Below, piece by piece: positions 1 to 13,247 of a stretch of DNA of 64,000 nt; position 1 is the stretch's first letter, and each line of letters opens with the position of its first letter. The position numbers and the translations under genes were made by a program. The stretch spans positions 77,376,001-77,440,000 of the forward strand of contig OZ024745.1 of assembly GCA_964016885.1 (NCBI GenBank), read 5' to 3'. The notes under the pieces are model-generated. The model was not told the DNA's origin and ran no database searches. It worked only from the letters and a program-made list of their open reading frames with translations. The DNA comes from Eledone cirrhosa. Lineage: Eukaryota.

Positions 1-59
1 CTTATTTCTGACAGAGTACTGTCAGAAGCAACCAGCTCCAACTTATCCGGCTTGATCCC

Positions 60-1570
60 CAAGCATGACCAGCCAAGCTCATGGATGTTATCCAACCATC
101 TTGCTCAGAGTCTACCCCCGTGTCTCCTGCCAGTTGGTTTTGCCTGTAAAATCTGTCCAGTGATTCTTTCCTGAGACATTCTTATCACATGCCCATAGTA
201 TTGGAGCTGTGATCTCTTAATTCGGAGAAGTAGTGGCTCTAACTGGAGTGACTCTCTGATCTTCAAGCTATGCACTCTATTGAGTAACATTACTCCAAAG
301 ACCCTTTGGAGGAACCCCATTTCGGTTGCTTTTATTCACAATCATATTCTTTTGGTCATTACCCAAGTTTCATGACTGTAGGTAAGAGTTGGCACGAATA
401 CTGAATTGAAGATAGTGAGTTTGGCTTTTAAACTTACCTCCTTTCTTCTAATATCCAAATGCTGAAGCTGGCACATTACTGCACCAGTTCCTGCAAATCT
501 TGCACTTAATTCAGCCACCTGCCTTCCACCACTTGTAAACACAGCACTTGAACTTCTCCACCTTCTTCAGTGGCATACAATTTACATGTAGAGTTCACTG
601 TGCAGGCTTCCTTGAGAAGATGAGCATCTCAGTTATTGCAGCATGTCGTCTGCAAATTCCAGTCAACTCATTTTTCACCTGCCAGTCATGATACCACTTC
701 CAGCCTGGCTGCGCATGTCAATCCTGTCCATGTAAATAATTATCAAGAGAGGTAACAGTACACACCCTTGGCGGAGTCTGACTCCTGCATTGAATGGTTT
801 CAATTTAGCACCATTTATCTGAACACAAATACTTGGGCATTAGTATAGAGACATCAGGGCAAGAAGAAGCTGACCATCGATTTCATACTCCTACACAACC
901 TTCCACAGCAGGTCACAAAGAACTCGGTCATATGCCTTTTCAAGGTCTACAAAGCAAGAATATACCTCTTGGCAATGCTCCCACGATTTCTTGAAGACCT
1001 GCTGCAGTGTGAATACTTGGCCGGCTGTGCTGCATCCGGGGTGAAAACCACACTGTTCATCAGCTAGCTTGGACTCGTCAATCTCCCTGGATCTCTTTTC
1101 CAAGTACTTAACATAGAATTTACTGGGGAGGCTTAATAAGGAGATCCCTCTGTAATTGAAACAAACCCTCTTGTCTCTCTTTTATCACTCCCGATTGTCA
1201 TCGCTTAGGTGCCTTTCCAGAGATCCAGGCCACCCGGCACACACAAGCCAGCCAGAGAATACCTTCTCTATTTAAGGCTTTTAACATCTCAGACTGGATT
1301 TCATCTTCTCTGCCAGCCTTGCCACATTTGAGCTCTTTAACTGCTCTTGTGACCTCAGCCTCTGAGAGATTAGTCATCACTCCCAGATGCACCATCACTC
1401 CCAGATGTACATCAGAAGATGCTGTTGTGATTGGGTTTAGGAAATGAGCAAAGTATTCTCTGCACCTCTGAAGAGAGGAGAATCCCAGATGCGTTCTTGA
1501 TAGCAGGAGTGGAGGAGGGCTTCTTATTATGAAGTCGGCGAATGGTCTGCCAGAACACTTTATTTGCTGA
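60..1570 (-). mobile_element. Degraded RTE-clade LINE, reverse transcriptase to C-terminus
   Basis: Broken ORFs with QCGFHPGCSTAGQVFTLQQ...FVDLEKAYDRV, VPTLTYSHETW and QLQYYGHVIRM...PTGRR; frameshifts and stops. Confidence 0.88.
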
Positions 1571-2440
1571 TCTTAAGTCTTATAAGTGAAAAACAAATAC
1601 TTCAAATGCATTCTTGTTTGATTAATGTTTTAAGAATATGACACGAAGAGTTATTTCCCTTACATTGTTTCTAAAAAAAAAATTGATTTATACGTTCATA
1701 CAAAACTTAATTCCCCTTCAGACGCTCTTTCTCCTTATCTCTCCTTCTTTCTTTATCTATCATTTCTTTCTTTCTACGTCTTGTTTGGATGATTTAAATG
1801 TTTAAATAGCATTTATTGCTGGACTTTCTTGACCAAAATTATTAATATTTTAAAGGTTTATCCCATGGGAATTTTTTTTATATAAGATGGATTTGATAAA
1901 AATCAGGAAAAAAACAGACAATTAAGAGATGATTATTAACCCATAGCAACCTGTACCACATAAAACCACATTAACAGGGCATTCCTGAATAGTACAAAAA
2001 GCACTATGACTGCTTCACATTAATACACAAATCTTTAGTTTATTGCAAATTTTCACAACAATCTGGATAAAAAGTGGATAAAAGTTTGAGGTGTATTTAT
2101 GATAAGGTTAAGAGTAGCAAGAGGAGATGCATAAGAAAGTATTGAGTGACTTAATGGTATGGGAAATACATTTTTTATTCTGGTGTATGACATTTCTGTG
2201 TAGCTTGTTATACCATCAAAAACAACACTCATCTTTGAATGGTATTGCCTAAAATAATAGACTTTCCTCTTCCTTATGGCAAACCAATTCATTACATTTT
2301 GAACTGTAAATTAATACCATTCGTAATTTGAATAAAAGGCAATCTTGTGCAAAAAGTTACTAAAAATTTGGAATTTTCTGGTATGAGTGTTGGGGTAAAT
2401 AAAATGAATCTCACTCCTTGTTATTATGTACTTTTACGTA

Positions 2441-2621
2441 TTGGCAGTATCGGTAGAACCAGACGCCATGCTTTGCAGCATAAAGTCACGGCCCTTTACG
2501 GTCCAAGTTCAAATTCCGCCGAGGTTAACTTTGTCTTTCATCCTTACAGGGTCGATAAAATAAAGTACCAGTAATGCACTGGGGTAATTGCTGGCCTTGT
2601 GCCAAAAGTAGAAACAATTAA
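2441..2621 (+). mobile_element. tRNA-derived SINE with Nin/Deu-like central domain. Further copies near 18150(+), 18715-19063(-), 24757(+), 29040(+), 38072(+), 50435(-), 58055(-), 61205(-), 61978(+), 62470(+)
   Basis: A-box-like TGGCAGTATCGGTAG, B-box GTTCAAATTCC, core AGGTTAACTTTG-CTTTCATCCTTAC-GGGTCGATAAAATAAAGTACCAG, tail GAAACAATTATT; repeated many times in the window. Confidence 0.85.
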
Positions 2622-3721
2622 TTTACATGTTTCTCAAGTTCATTATCTTGAAGAAGCCCTGCATTTACTGTTCTATAATTAGTATGATCCAAAATATGTC
2701 AGAACATCATTTCTTATATAAGCTTAACCATATGAATATATTTACCATTATAATTCAGTGTATTTGTTTTTCCTTTATTCATTTAAGAGTTCATTTAGTA
2801 TTCTGTTACTCATGTTATTTTGTACTGTATCTAACATTTGAGCATTTAAAATCTTAATATCTGTAGTAGTCAACTCTTGAAATTTAGCTTAAAATTTTGA
2901 CTTTTAAACTAGTAAATGCAGTAGTTCACTGATTAAATAATGCACTTTCAATTCTGGAAATATGTCATTTGAACTTTTAACTTCTCTATTTCTAATTGAG
3001 AAGCTAGAGAGGTAGATTTTATGTAGAGAAGTGTTTATTTAGAAAGAAATATTGCTATATAATTGTTATAAATCTCTTATATACACATATATACACCAGG
3101 TCAAAAAACAAAAGAACCAAACTCCCACTGTCACTGCCTCCATCTCTTTCACTATTGTGAGCAAAAGAGGTAGAATACTGACCATGTTGAAACCTTACAA
3201 TAGTCAATGTTATGTCTTAGACTTGCCTCATTCTGCTTGGCTGACAGTGAGTTCTTTTCACAGTTAAATGGGTACTAATAGGAAGGGAGATCATCCAGCT
3301 GTAACAAAATAATTGTTTTAACACTATGCAAATATCCAAATTCGGAAAAAAAAAATAAAAGGAAAGAAAATCTAACCCATATTAGTATTTAAAAAATACA
3401 GAAAATCGACTTTGTTAACTTGTAATAAGGCAATTTTTCATTATTCATTTATCTGTTCACTGTATAAATTCGGATAGGTTTTGATATCAGTAAGATTTGG
3501 AAGCCTGGTATCTGTCTCTCTTTATTTCTCTCTCATTATGTGTATTGTGTGTCCATGTGATCCAAAGAACAAGAAACATGGAATATTTTCCCATAGTAGT
3601 AAGACATAGGGTGGTGGAGTCTTGACATCAAATGGACATATGCACGCACGCACACAAACACGCACGCACTCACACACACACACACACGCACATATTCATA
3701 TATGCATTTATGATGTATTTT

Positions 3722-3945
3722 TAGAAGTGTCGAGTGGATGTGTATTTATTGAAAATTAACTTTGAAGCTTCTAAGTTAATTTTCAATATATTTATCACTT
3801 CATCCAAAATTTTCCTAGATTTTCCTCTTCCATAATTACCATCGACTTTGAGTGCCCTGCACCTCTTTATACATCTGTCATCCTCCACATACCTCACATA
3901 TCCAAACCACTGCATTTGACTCCTCTTATACCTAGTTTCTCTCTC
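3722..3945 (-). mobile_element. RTE LINE 3' coding fragment
   Basis: QWFGYVRYVEDDRCIKRCRALKVDGNYGRGKSRK is homologous to the C-terminus of the RTE at 32.7-34.7 kb. Confidence 0.75.
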
Positions 3946-4048
3946 AGTGTGTTTATATATATATATATATATATATCCAGGGATAACTTGAACCGTTAAG
4001 GTATATTATCCTTAAATATGTCAAGATTTATAAAACACACTTGGTATT

Positions 4049-4100
4049 TTATCTGATGATAGCGTACCAAAATTTTTGGTACACTTGATATATATAATGG
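4049..4100 (+). ncRNA. Degenerate type I hammerhead ribozyme-like motif
   Basis: TTAT-CTGATGA-stem II (GTACCAAAA/TTTTGGTAC)-GATA (GAAA mutated)-TATATA-ATGG; lies between (TA)n tracts. Confidence 0.45.
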
Positions 4101-4609
4101 AATAAATATGGTTTTATAAATATAGTTTTCATTTATTTAATATCATTGTGTGTGTATATATATATATATGTATACACACATATATATGTATATATATTTT
4201 ATAGAATAATGAGAAATTTAAAGAAAGGATAGCTACCAAAACAGTAAAATGCAGTCAATGATGGTGTTAGGTAAAATCTTACCTCAAAATACAGGAATAA
4301 ATGGCTAGAAGTGTTTTGGTCTGAAGAAGTGATAGGCAGAGAGGAGTAAAGAAAGAAAATGGAAAAATGAAAATGAACGAGATAAAATCACTCAAACATC
4401 ATATTGTGTCATGTGGCCTTGTACCGATATGTAGTTTCACATAATTCAAAGAATTCTTTCTATTATATATCATCATCATCATCATCATCATAATCACTGT
4501 CTAATGTCCATTTTTCCATGCTTGCCTGAGTTAGACGGGTTGTCCATGTCGAGAGACAAGTCTGGCCAGGATTGACCACGCCGTACCTCGCTCTGACATA
4601 TATGTATAT

Positions 4610-4946
4610 ACAGAGTACCCGACCTCCCATGGGGCACATGCTGAAGCATATAAACAATATGCCCCCCCCCCCCCACCGCAAGGTGGTCGTGGAGGTGCCA
4701 CGGCAAAAAAGCACCCAGACCACACTGTAAAGTGGACGTGTAGGCGCCACGAAAAAGCACCCAGCACTCACTGTAAATGAGGTTGGTGTTAGGAAGGGCA
4801 TCCAGCTGTAGAAATCAAGCCAGCATCAGTTCCTGTATGAGCAAGGCATGGTCAGCCGACCAGACACTGCATACAACAGGACAACCCGTCTAACCCATGC
4901 TAGCGTGGAAGAACGGACGTAAAACGGTGATGATGATGATGATGAT
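4610..4946 (+). mobile_element. RTE 3' UTR fragment ending in (GAT)n. Siblings at 5452-5923(+), 41772-42222(-), 57408-57716(-)
   Basis: Closely similar to 34692-35035, which directly follows the RTE ORF; shared GTTGGTGTTAGGAAGGGCATCCAGCTGTAGAAA motif and GAT tail. Confidence 0.85.
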
Positions 4947-5164
4947 ATGTATATATATATATATATATATACACATTTTTCATAAACTAGGGTTTTAGCA
5001 TGCTATACTTTTAATAGTACCTTCAAACTCGTCTAAGTGCTTGAAGATTAGGTCACAATTTTGATCCCTCTTACCATCTGGAGATATGGTCATTGTTGGG
5101 TTTTGAAACCTTAGGGAGCGCTATTGTGTCATGTATAAACTTAGATAAATAATATAATATATAT

Positions 5165-5345
5165 ATTTGTTTTGGAAGGTTTTTGATATGACATTGTGTG
5201 TTGAAACAGGTACTGTTATATTTGGGGAGGGTTATGTTGTCTTAATATTGCCAAAAAATAGCACAACACACTCACTGTTTTGTTTGGTTTGGTTTTCACT
5301 TCAGTTTAGTGAAACACACTCAAAGAACTTTGATAAATTATATTT
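5165..5345 (-). mobile_element. Diverged terminal fragment of the Penelope-like family seen at 35-36 kb
   Basis: gtgtgttgaaacaggtactgttatatttggggagggttatgttg aligns with the reverse complement of 36300-36345; abuts a (TA) tract. Confidence 0.6.
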
Positions 5346-5923
5346 ATATTTTTAACTGTTGGTCAATCAATGATAAACATTGATTGCCAGCTAAATTATT
5401 CATATTCATATAAGTATACTGTGAGTGTATTTTACTATTTTTTGGCATTATTACATTGGTATGGACATGTGATGCATACAAAGGATGACAGCTGCATAAA
5501 AAGGTGCAGTGCTCAAAGTCGATGGAAGCCTTGGAGTGGGGAGACTCAGGAAGACTTGGGATGAGGAGATAAAAGCTGACCTTGCCCAATTGCAACTCGC
5601 AAAGGCGATGGCACAGGACCAACATCTCTGGCAGTAGTATGGAAGACCCGACTTCCCATGAGCACAGGCCAAAGCTGAAGCATATATGCATTATGCTCAC
5701 CCCATCCTCACACTGTAAAGTGGTTGTGTAGGTGTCACAACAAAAAGCACCCAGTCCACACTGTAAATGAGGTTGGCATAAGGAAGGGCATCCAGCTGTA
5801 GAAACCAAGCCCAAATCAGTTCTGTATGAGTAAGACATAGTCACCTGACCTAGCATTGCCCACAACAAGACAACTCGTCTAACCCATGATAGCATGGAAA
5901 AATGGACTTAAAACGGTGATAAT

Positions 5924-6185
5924 GTATATGTGTTTGTGTGTATGTGTATATATGAGTGTGTGTATGTGTGTATGTTTATATATGTGTGTGTATATATATG
6001 TGTATATATATATATGTGTGTATGTGTATATATATATATGTGTGTGTGTATGTGTATATATATGTGTGTGTGTATGTATGTGTGTGTATATGTATGTGTA
6101 TATATATATAGATGTGTGTGTGTATACAAATATATATATAAATATATATATATGTATATATATATATATATGTATGTATAATATT
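5924..6185. repeat. Compound (TG)/(TA) microsatellite
   Basis: Directly visible; explains the spurious VCVYI and HTHIY ORFs. Confidence 0.95.
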
Positions 6186-7244
6186 GTTGAAAGCTAAACC
6201 AAAATGCTATACCGGATATTGTTCTATCCCATAATTTCTAAAGGGAATGAGGTCACAGCTTTGAAGCTTAGTATTGATGATTTTAATGGAATCATATAAT
6301 AATGAAAAATGATTTGTAATGATTTCAAGCAAGCACATGGCCCACTGAGTATTACTTATCAATAGCTGCATCTCATATTGACAGAAAACAGATGAGTTCT
6401 GTTTTACTATTATAGGTTTTGTATTTCGAAAATTGCTATGATAATAATCTTGGGATTTTCAAACTCAAATATTATATGGGATCCATGATCCCAGAGATTG
6501 CAATTCCCAATTTCCAGCTTAACTATGGGATTTGATAAATGGGACCTCATTTTTTCCATCATAGCATTACTATGATGATGCAAGATGAGAAAGAAAAGAG
6601 ATAAAGAGAGAGAAAAAGATAGAAAGTAAAGGAAAATCAATTCTGATTTGGGTCACAGTCTATTTTCAGTTCATCAAATGCCAATGTATTACTTACAATG
6701 TCCAGTTCAGTCTGTGTAGATTAGCTACGTCTAATGTCTAATCGGATTGACATTTGTAAACAACCCGAATTGGTTTCCATTTATAACGAAGTAAAAAATA
6801 AAATAATAATTCTATCATCTTTTCTATTTATTTAGAGTAAATTTGGCTGTATATATATTTTTAATAATATAGATATCAAATGACAGTAATGGAAATAATG
6901 ATTCATAGTTTAATTGCTATACTATACAGAATATATAGATTTTTTAGTCAACACCATATGTATAGACATATGTAAACGTCTTGTCTTTATATAAAATATC
7001 TTCATAGACATAAAAAGAGGGTTCAACTGGCCAAATTCCAATCCTGTAATGTATCAGTAATTTATTAATCAAACTAGCTGACAAAAATGCATTATATGTA
7101 TGAATTAATGTATCCAGTTTACATATATCTGTAGTAATAGGTGGTTTATAATTAGTGTTTCTATGGATAGAAAGAGTACTCAGTTGCTGATAAAATTCCA
7201 ACAGGATTGAAACTATTTTGGCCAATCCCTCTTTTTCTGTCCAT

Positions 7245-7741
7245 AGTAAAAACCTACTACAGTCAGTAGGCATCTCTATCAAAACACACCCCCGTCCCAC
7301 CACCTCCACCCCACCCACACCGCCCCTTTCAATGTAAAGTTATGTTGGTCCCACAACATCCAGGCCGAAACAAATGAGATCGTGTAGGTGTCACGACAAA
7401 AAAACACACAGTCCACGCTGTAAATGTGGCCGTGTAGGCAACACGATAAAAACCTCCCAGCCCCACACTGTAAATGTGGTTGGTGTTAGGAAGGGCATCC
7501 AGCTGTAGAAAACCCGCCAGACAGTCCACGCTGTAATGTGGCCGTGTAGGCAACACGGTAAAAACCTCCCAGCCCCACACTGTAAATGTGGTTGGTGTTA
7601 GGAAGGGCATCCAACTGTAGAAAACCCGCCAGACAGTCCTATGCGAGCAAGACAACCACTCTTGCCTCAAGTGGGAAAACCCCCGTCCAAACCCATGCAA
7701 GCGTGGAACACGGACGCTAAACCTGATGATGATGATGATGT
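7245..7741 (+). mobile_element. RTE 3' UTR (second subfamily) with two ~112-bp internal units
   Basis: Reverse-complement match to 19077-19785; ends in (GAT)n. Confidence 0.85.
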
Positions 7742-7795
7742 ACATATTGTTTATAGTGACTAGATGTTTAAATCTGTCTATATTTACAGTATTGA

Positions 7796-8034
7796 TTAAC
7801 TTTTTAGCATTTACATTACTCCATATTTACATTACTCCATATTCACAACAAAGGCTTTACTTTACATAATTATCTCACATAATATCAAATCTATGAGATT
7901 TTGATATTATTTATTTTGAGAACAATACCTTAGCATCAGTATAGGTAGCCGGTTACAGCTGGTTTGCTGGTTTGAACAGAAAGAGGTGAGAGAATTCTGG
8001 CCGGATATGGCTGGTTTAAATGCTAAAAGGTTAA
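7796..8034. mobile_element. piggyBac-type MITE family A. Copies at 17458-17626, ~47659-47886, 50753-50980
   Basis: TTAA at both ends with terminal inverted repeat CCCTTTAGCATTTA...TAAATGCTAAAGGG (clearest at 50753 and 17458); four similar copies. Confidence 0.78.
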
Positions 8035-8743
8035 AACTATGTAGGAATATTTTGTACTAGAGAATAGCATGCATTTTTAGTTTTTGAAGCATTGGGAAAC
8101 AAACGCACCTCTTGGCAGGCAGTCTCGACATGATGGAGGAGGTCCTGAGCTGATGTTATATGCAGTGTTCAATATTTCATGGCAAAGTCACATTACCAAC
8201 AAAGTTCTTTGTGGTGATTTGCCACGAGTTTCATAGAAAGTTCAATCCTGTCGCATGGCTCTTGCTGGTCATGTTTCCTGCCATGATGAGTCTGCAGTGA
8301 AACTGCTTCTCTGGTCACCAGATGCAAAGTGCTGAATGGGATATCCAAACATAACCACCAGGACACTGTTGGTGAGGGACACTGGCCTCATTGGATGGGA
8401 TCTTCTTGCTGTGATGAGAAATGGGGAAGTATAGAAAAAGAAGTTTGTGCATGCTTCACCTTGGGTGCAGCGATGACTCATGAAGAAGAAGAGTATAGCA
8501 TTAAAGGAAAACACTGTTAGTTTATTCTTAGGATATAGTGGAGTTACATGGAGCAATGTCCATGTAATTCTTAGGCTCTCTGAAATGAACAACTTATTTC
8601 AGTTAATATTCAGTTTGAACCACTGAAATCTATGATTGAAAGGAATATTTAGGCTAGAGAAGTTTTAGAATAGAAGGATTTGGTAAAACATTTAGTAATA
8701 GTCTCTAAGAAGTGACATGTAGTGAGAGGTGATTAGAGGTCAT

Positions 8744-9004
8744 TTAACCCTTCTCATAACAAACTACCTGAAACCTCCTCAGTTCTATCATACTGAACTG
8801 TTTGTTTTAAAGTGTTTATAGTTATAAAAAAAAAAGCTTCCGTCATAATTTTATGCACGAATCTTTGTTATGTTTCCAACACCAGCTTAATAATAGTAAA
8901 GTTAGTTATATTACTAAATCCCTCCAAATTTATGTTTATATAAAAAAGTATTTGAAAACCATAAGCAGTGTCTTTCATTAGAAATATAGTAACAAAAGAA
9001 TTAA
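8744..9004. mobile_element. piggyBac-type MITE family B. Copies at ~21167-21417, 21950-22209, 25914-26075, 47883-48097, 59952-60210 and a partial one near 63700-63920
   Basis: TTAACCCTT...TAGAAATATGGTAA-GAAAGGGTTAA ends and shared internal sequence across copies. Confidence 0.7.
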
Positions 9005-10159
9005 TGGGTGTTAGTTGAAGAAGGTGACTTAGTGTCAGCAACTACAGTAAATCAGAAATAATTTGGCAGTTGGGAGAAAAGCCAGAAAGAAAAAGTAGTT
9101 TGTTTACCATTGTCTGTATAGTATCTTGCTGCTTATCCTGGACTTGATCTAACATGTGTATGCTGGTTGTGCACCAGTCCAGATATGTGAACACTTTAGT
9201 ATAGTGTATTTGTGATTTCTAAAGGAGATCTTACTTCAGACTGAAGTATTTTCTGAATCAGAAAAAGAAACTCAGTCTTGGTGATACAATTTCAGTTATT
9301 GGTTATATAGAGAATTTTGGGTCTCCGGAAAAGGTTGTCATGGACTGTTGCAGCTTTTGTTTCTCTGTATTATGTAATGCCTAATTTTTGATTCGTTGAA
9401 TGAAACCAGCTTGTCAGGTCCTTAATGTGGGTTGCTTTTCAGAGTTTTCTTGAAAGCGTGTGTGTGACCTGGAAAGAAATGATTATGTTGTTAGTAAACA
9501 AAGCATTGGAGATTAGATGAGAATGTTGGGTGGTCAGGGGTGATAGACAAAAGAAGATTATAGGAGTGATATCACTAGATTTCTTGAAATGCTGTGATGA
9601 AACATTGTGTTTGCATGCTTCTGATTCTCAGCATGGCTGATTTATCCCATAGAATAGCAGCTTTGTCAAATTTTTCTCATGCTAGATTTAGTCAAAGGCT
9701 TTTATGATTTAAAAAACAACCATGTTTTCACTGAAGTTCTCAGGACAAAACAAAAACAAAACATCAAAACACAAATATTTGCTGGAAAGGTTTCCTGTTC
9801 AAATAGTTTTGCAAAACCTGTATTCGTAATCATTGAGGAAAGAGATGATCATTTATAATTGTTCTTATTGTTTTAGTGATGTTTGATTTGAGAGCAATCA
9901 ACCAGTAATTGGCATGAGACAAACATTGCTTTCCTTAGAGTTGGACAAGCAGTAACACGATTCCAGGGTAGGTAATGATAGAAAGAGAGTTTAGTGTGGA
10001 CAAGAGCTAAGGTAATGCTCTCCAACAAAGACACCTACATTTTTAGTGACTGAAAATGCTGTAACGCTTAGTAGATGTAAATATGAGGAGAGTAAGCAAA
10101 AAATAAAATCAAAAACAAATATGGGGCAAATATTTTGATTTTGCAGTATAGCCTCTGAT

Positions 10160-11630
10160 CCATCATCATCATTTAACGTCCATTTTCCCTGCTATCTAGG
10201 GTTGGATGGGTGCATTTTATCATGGCACCAGTACTAAGGAGGTTGTCATGTCTCTGACACAACTGAAACCCTTTGTTTGGCAAGTTTTTTTAACTGATAG
10301 ATGCCTTTCCTATCATCAACTAGTTTAAAGAGGGTGCGTTTTATCATGTCACGAACACAACAGACATTGTTGTGCTCCTGCATGGTTTCTTCACCTGGGT
10401 GCCCCCTCTGTCACCAACCACATTACAAGGTGTACTGGGTACATTTTTTGTAGCACCAACACTAGAGAAGTTGATGTGTTGTGACTGCTGTCCTTACTCT
10501 ATGAGATGAGGATATGATGTGGTAGGGAGAACTGGATGGGGGGTTGCTGGAAGGATGATATGTCATTGGAAAGTGATAATAGGTGGAGGGGGTATTGTGT
10601 CATGGGTGTATGAAAAGTGTGATGGGGTTCAAAAGAAATGATGGGGGGAGAGGAATGGTCAGAAGGTATGTCATAGCCATATGCTGATAGTGGTGTAATT
10701 TAACAAGGTGGTAGGGGTGATCTCTGATATTGTGGTACTGTGATGAATGTGAACAAAGGAATAAGAGGAGTGATCTTAGTTAAAGGTGGAAGGAACTTTG
10801 ATAATGTGAACATCTACTAAGGAATTAGAGCTGGTGTGTTAAGATTTAGATATGGTGAGTAGATGGGTGTACAGTTATAGAAATAGTTACTAGGGAGGAT
10901 AATGACTTCATATTTTTTTAGTTTTCACAGATCTTCTGCATTCAAGGCCCATGTCTCACTGCCATGTGCATTGCATTTTATATGCAGGCATAAAGCAGTC
11001 TACTCTTTACTCTGATAGAGAAGCCCTTTGTTATCAGAAGAGGTACTAGCTCCCTAAACTTCTTTCAGCCTGTTTTTACTCTGGCTATCACACTTTCCGA
11101 GCCTTCTCCATCACTGCCGATTTGGTCCTGTAGATATCAAAAGCTGTCAACAACTTCTAGAAGTCATCTTAGGTAACTGAGGAAGCCTATTTCACTTTTC
11201 CTCATAGTGATTACTTTTCCTTCATATAAAGCCAATTTTTTCTGTTAACCTGCTGTATCCTACTACAACTCTTGTGCATCTGTTATTGATACTGAACCTT
11301 ATGTAATTTCTTCTCACCCCTTTTCAACATATTGAATAAGGCCACTTCCTTTATGGTATCAAAATCCTATTTTTGTTCCTATTTATTAAGTCTTTAGTCT
11401 TTGCTAAGTATACTTTCAGGTCTTTCGATTATAAATTTCTCTCCCATTTCTGGAATTTCACTTCTAACTCTTCCACAGATTCAGCTAAATGAGCTAGATT
11501 ATCTGCATACAGAATTTTCCATGGAGTGCCAGTCTTTCATTCCTCATTATGATTCGAATAACAATGATAAACAGAAATGGGCTGAGGAATAAGCCCTGGT
11601 TGACTCCTATCTGCACTTCAAATTCATCAA
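10160..11630 (-). mobile_element. Highly degraded RTE LINE with 3' UTR
   Basis: (CAT)n tail at 10160; remnants homologous to the GWKKFRELL, GSETWAL and LSPLLF regions of the better preserved copies. Confidence 0.65.
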
Positions 11631-12093
11631 TGAATTTGAAGTGCAGGTGATTGTCTATTCAAAGTTAAAGAATGCTATCTACAATGTGAGGGTCAACCAG
11701 AATTGACTATACAAACACTACACCTCTCAACATTTTGTAAAACTATACATATAATAATCAAAACTAAATGGTTATAGTGTTCTAATTTCAAAACAAATAA
11801 TATGATACACAAAACATTTAAAAATTGTATATACATATTAGTCCTAACACTTCTGTCTATGTTATTACTTCATTGACATATTTAAGAAACATGTATGTAT
11901 AATTTATGTACATTCTTTATTCTTTTGTCAGTTTCAATGGACTGTGGCCTTCATGGATTTTAGTCAATAATATTGTCAATAACATTGGTCCTGTAAAGTC
12001 GACATTGGCATAACTCAGGCATGCCTAAATACAACAATTATTTCTGTTTAAAACTAGTTTTCTTTTCATATCATGCTGTATAATATATATATA

Positions 12094-13247
12094 TGTTTCT
12101 TTTATTTGCCACCAGGGCATCAAAAGTGGGACAAGTACAATGGGGGGAGTTTACAAAACAAGGCGTCCTCAATAGGGAGGAGGCAATAACAATATATAAA
12201 AATAAAATAAAATATAACAAAAAATAGAATTATAACAAAATCCTCAATAGAGGATTTTGTTATAAAATATAACAAAAAATAAAATTTATAACAAAATCCT
12301 CAATAGAGAGGAGGCGCCTTGGGGGGTCGCACACACCCCCGAAAAAAGTGTGCAACCCTTTTCCTCAGGAGCACAGAGAGGGGGTGCTCCCTCGTTCCTT
12401 CCTCTTTTCCACCTACAGGCTTATGTAAAGAGAAGGCCCATTCACACGGGCCATTCTCGCCACTTTCACCCACCTTTCATAAAAACGACTGGGGTGGAGC
12501 ACCTCTCTCTCCATCCTGATCCTTCTTCCGAAATGATATCGGAAGAAACGGACCAGTTGTTGGCCAGAGAGAAAGGTGCCTGACCTCAGTCCTTTCAGAC
12601 GCGTCCACCATACAACTTCTTTCACCATGGCTATTACGCACAGAAACACCGCCTCTCCTTCATCTTTGAAGGGGGGGAGGCGGCTTGATTATTACAATAG
12701 ACTCGGTGGTCAACCGGATCGGTCCCACCCTTGACAGCAGTTGTTCGACATAGCCCCACAGATCGGCTATGCCCGAGCAGTGTACCAATGCGTGTGCAAC
12801 GGTTTCCTCGTCGCACACGCATCTGGGACAGATCTTTTTGGCGGGGTCCCTACCCGGGCGCCCGTGTCTGTAGAGCTTTTCTCGAACGGGTAGAGCCCCT
12901 CGGTAGCACTGCCAGGCCAGGGACTTCTGGAAGTTGTCCATAGGTCCTGGGCTGAATGTCCTACCGAACAGGCTGGCCAGTTCGTCCTCCTCCATGTCTA
13001 GGGCTTCTCCGAGGGCGTCGTCGCACCTGCTGCGTACCAGCCCTCTATAGAATGTTGCGGTGGAGTCTCCACTGATAACCGGATCCGCCTGCCAGAGGGC
13101 GGTGAGCGCCTGGGCACACTCAGTGTGCCAGGCGCCCAGATTTCTCGGTCTTTGCTTGACCCAGGATTGCAGCTCCGTGAGTGAGACGAGTCTGGGAAAG
13201 GTTCGTCTCACAAACGAGGCCCACACCGGTTGACCGGTGAGAAATAC
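12094..13247 (-). mobile_element. 5'-truncated Tx1/L1-clade LINE (zf-RVT zinc finger and 3' UTR)
   Basis: GC-rich ORF with AWQCYRGALPVREKL...CPRCVCDEETVAHALVHC; flanked by the 16-bp direct repeat GTATAATATATATATA (12078-12093 and 13248-13263), a likely target-site duplication. Confidence 0.85.

Noticed and set aside
8095-8590. Possible mariner N-terminal relic (EVCACFT similar to KVCARFVP)
   Set aside because: Too little similarity to support without a search.
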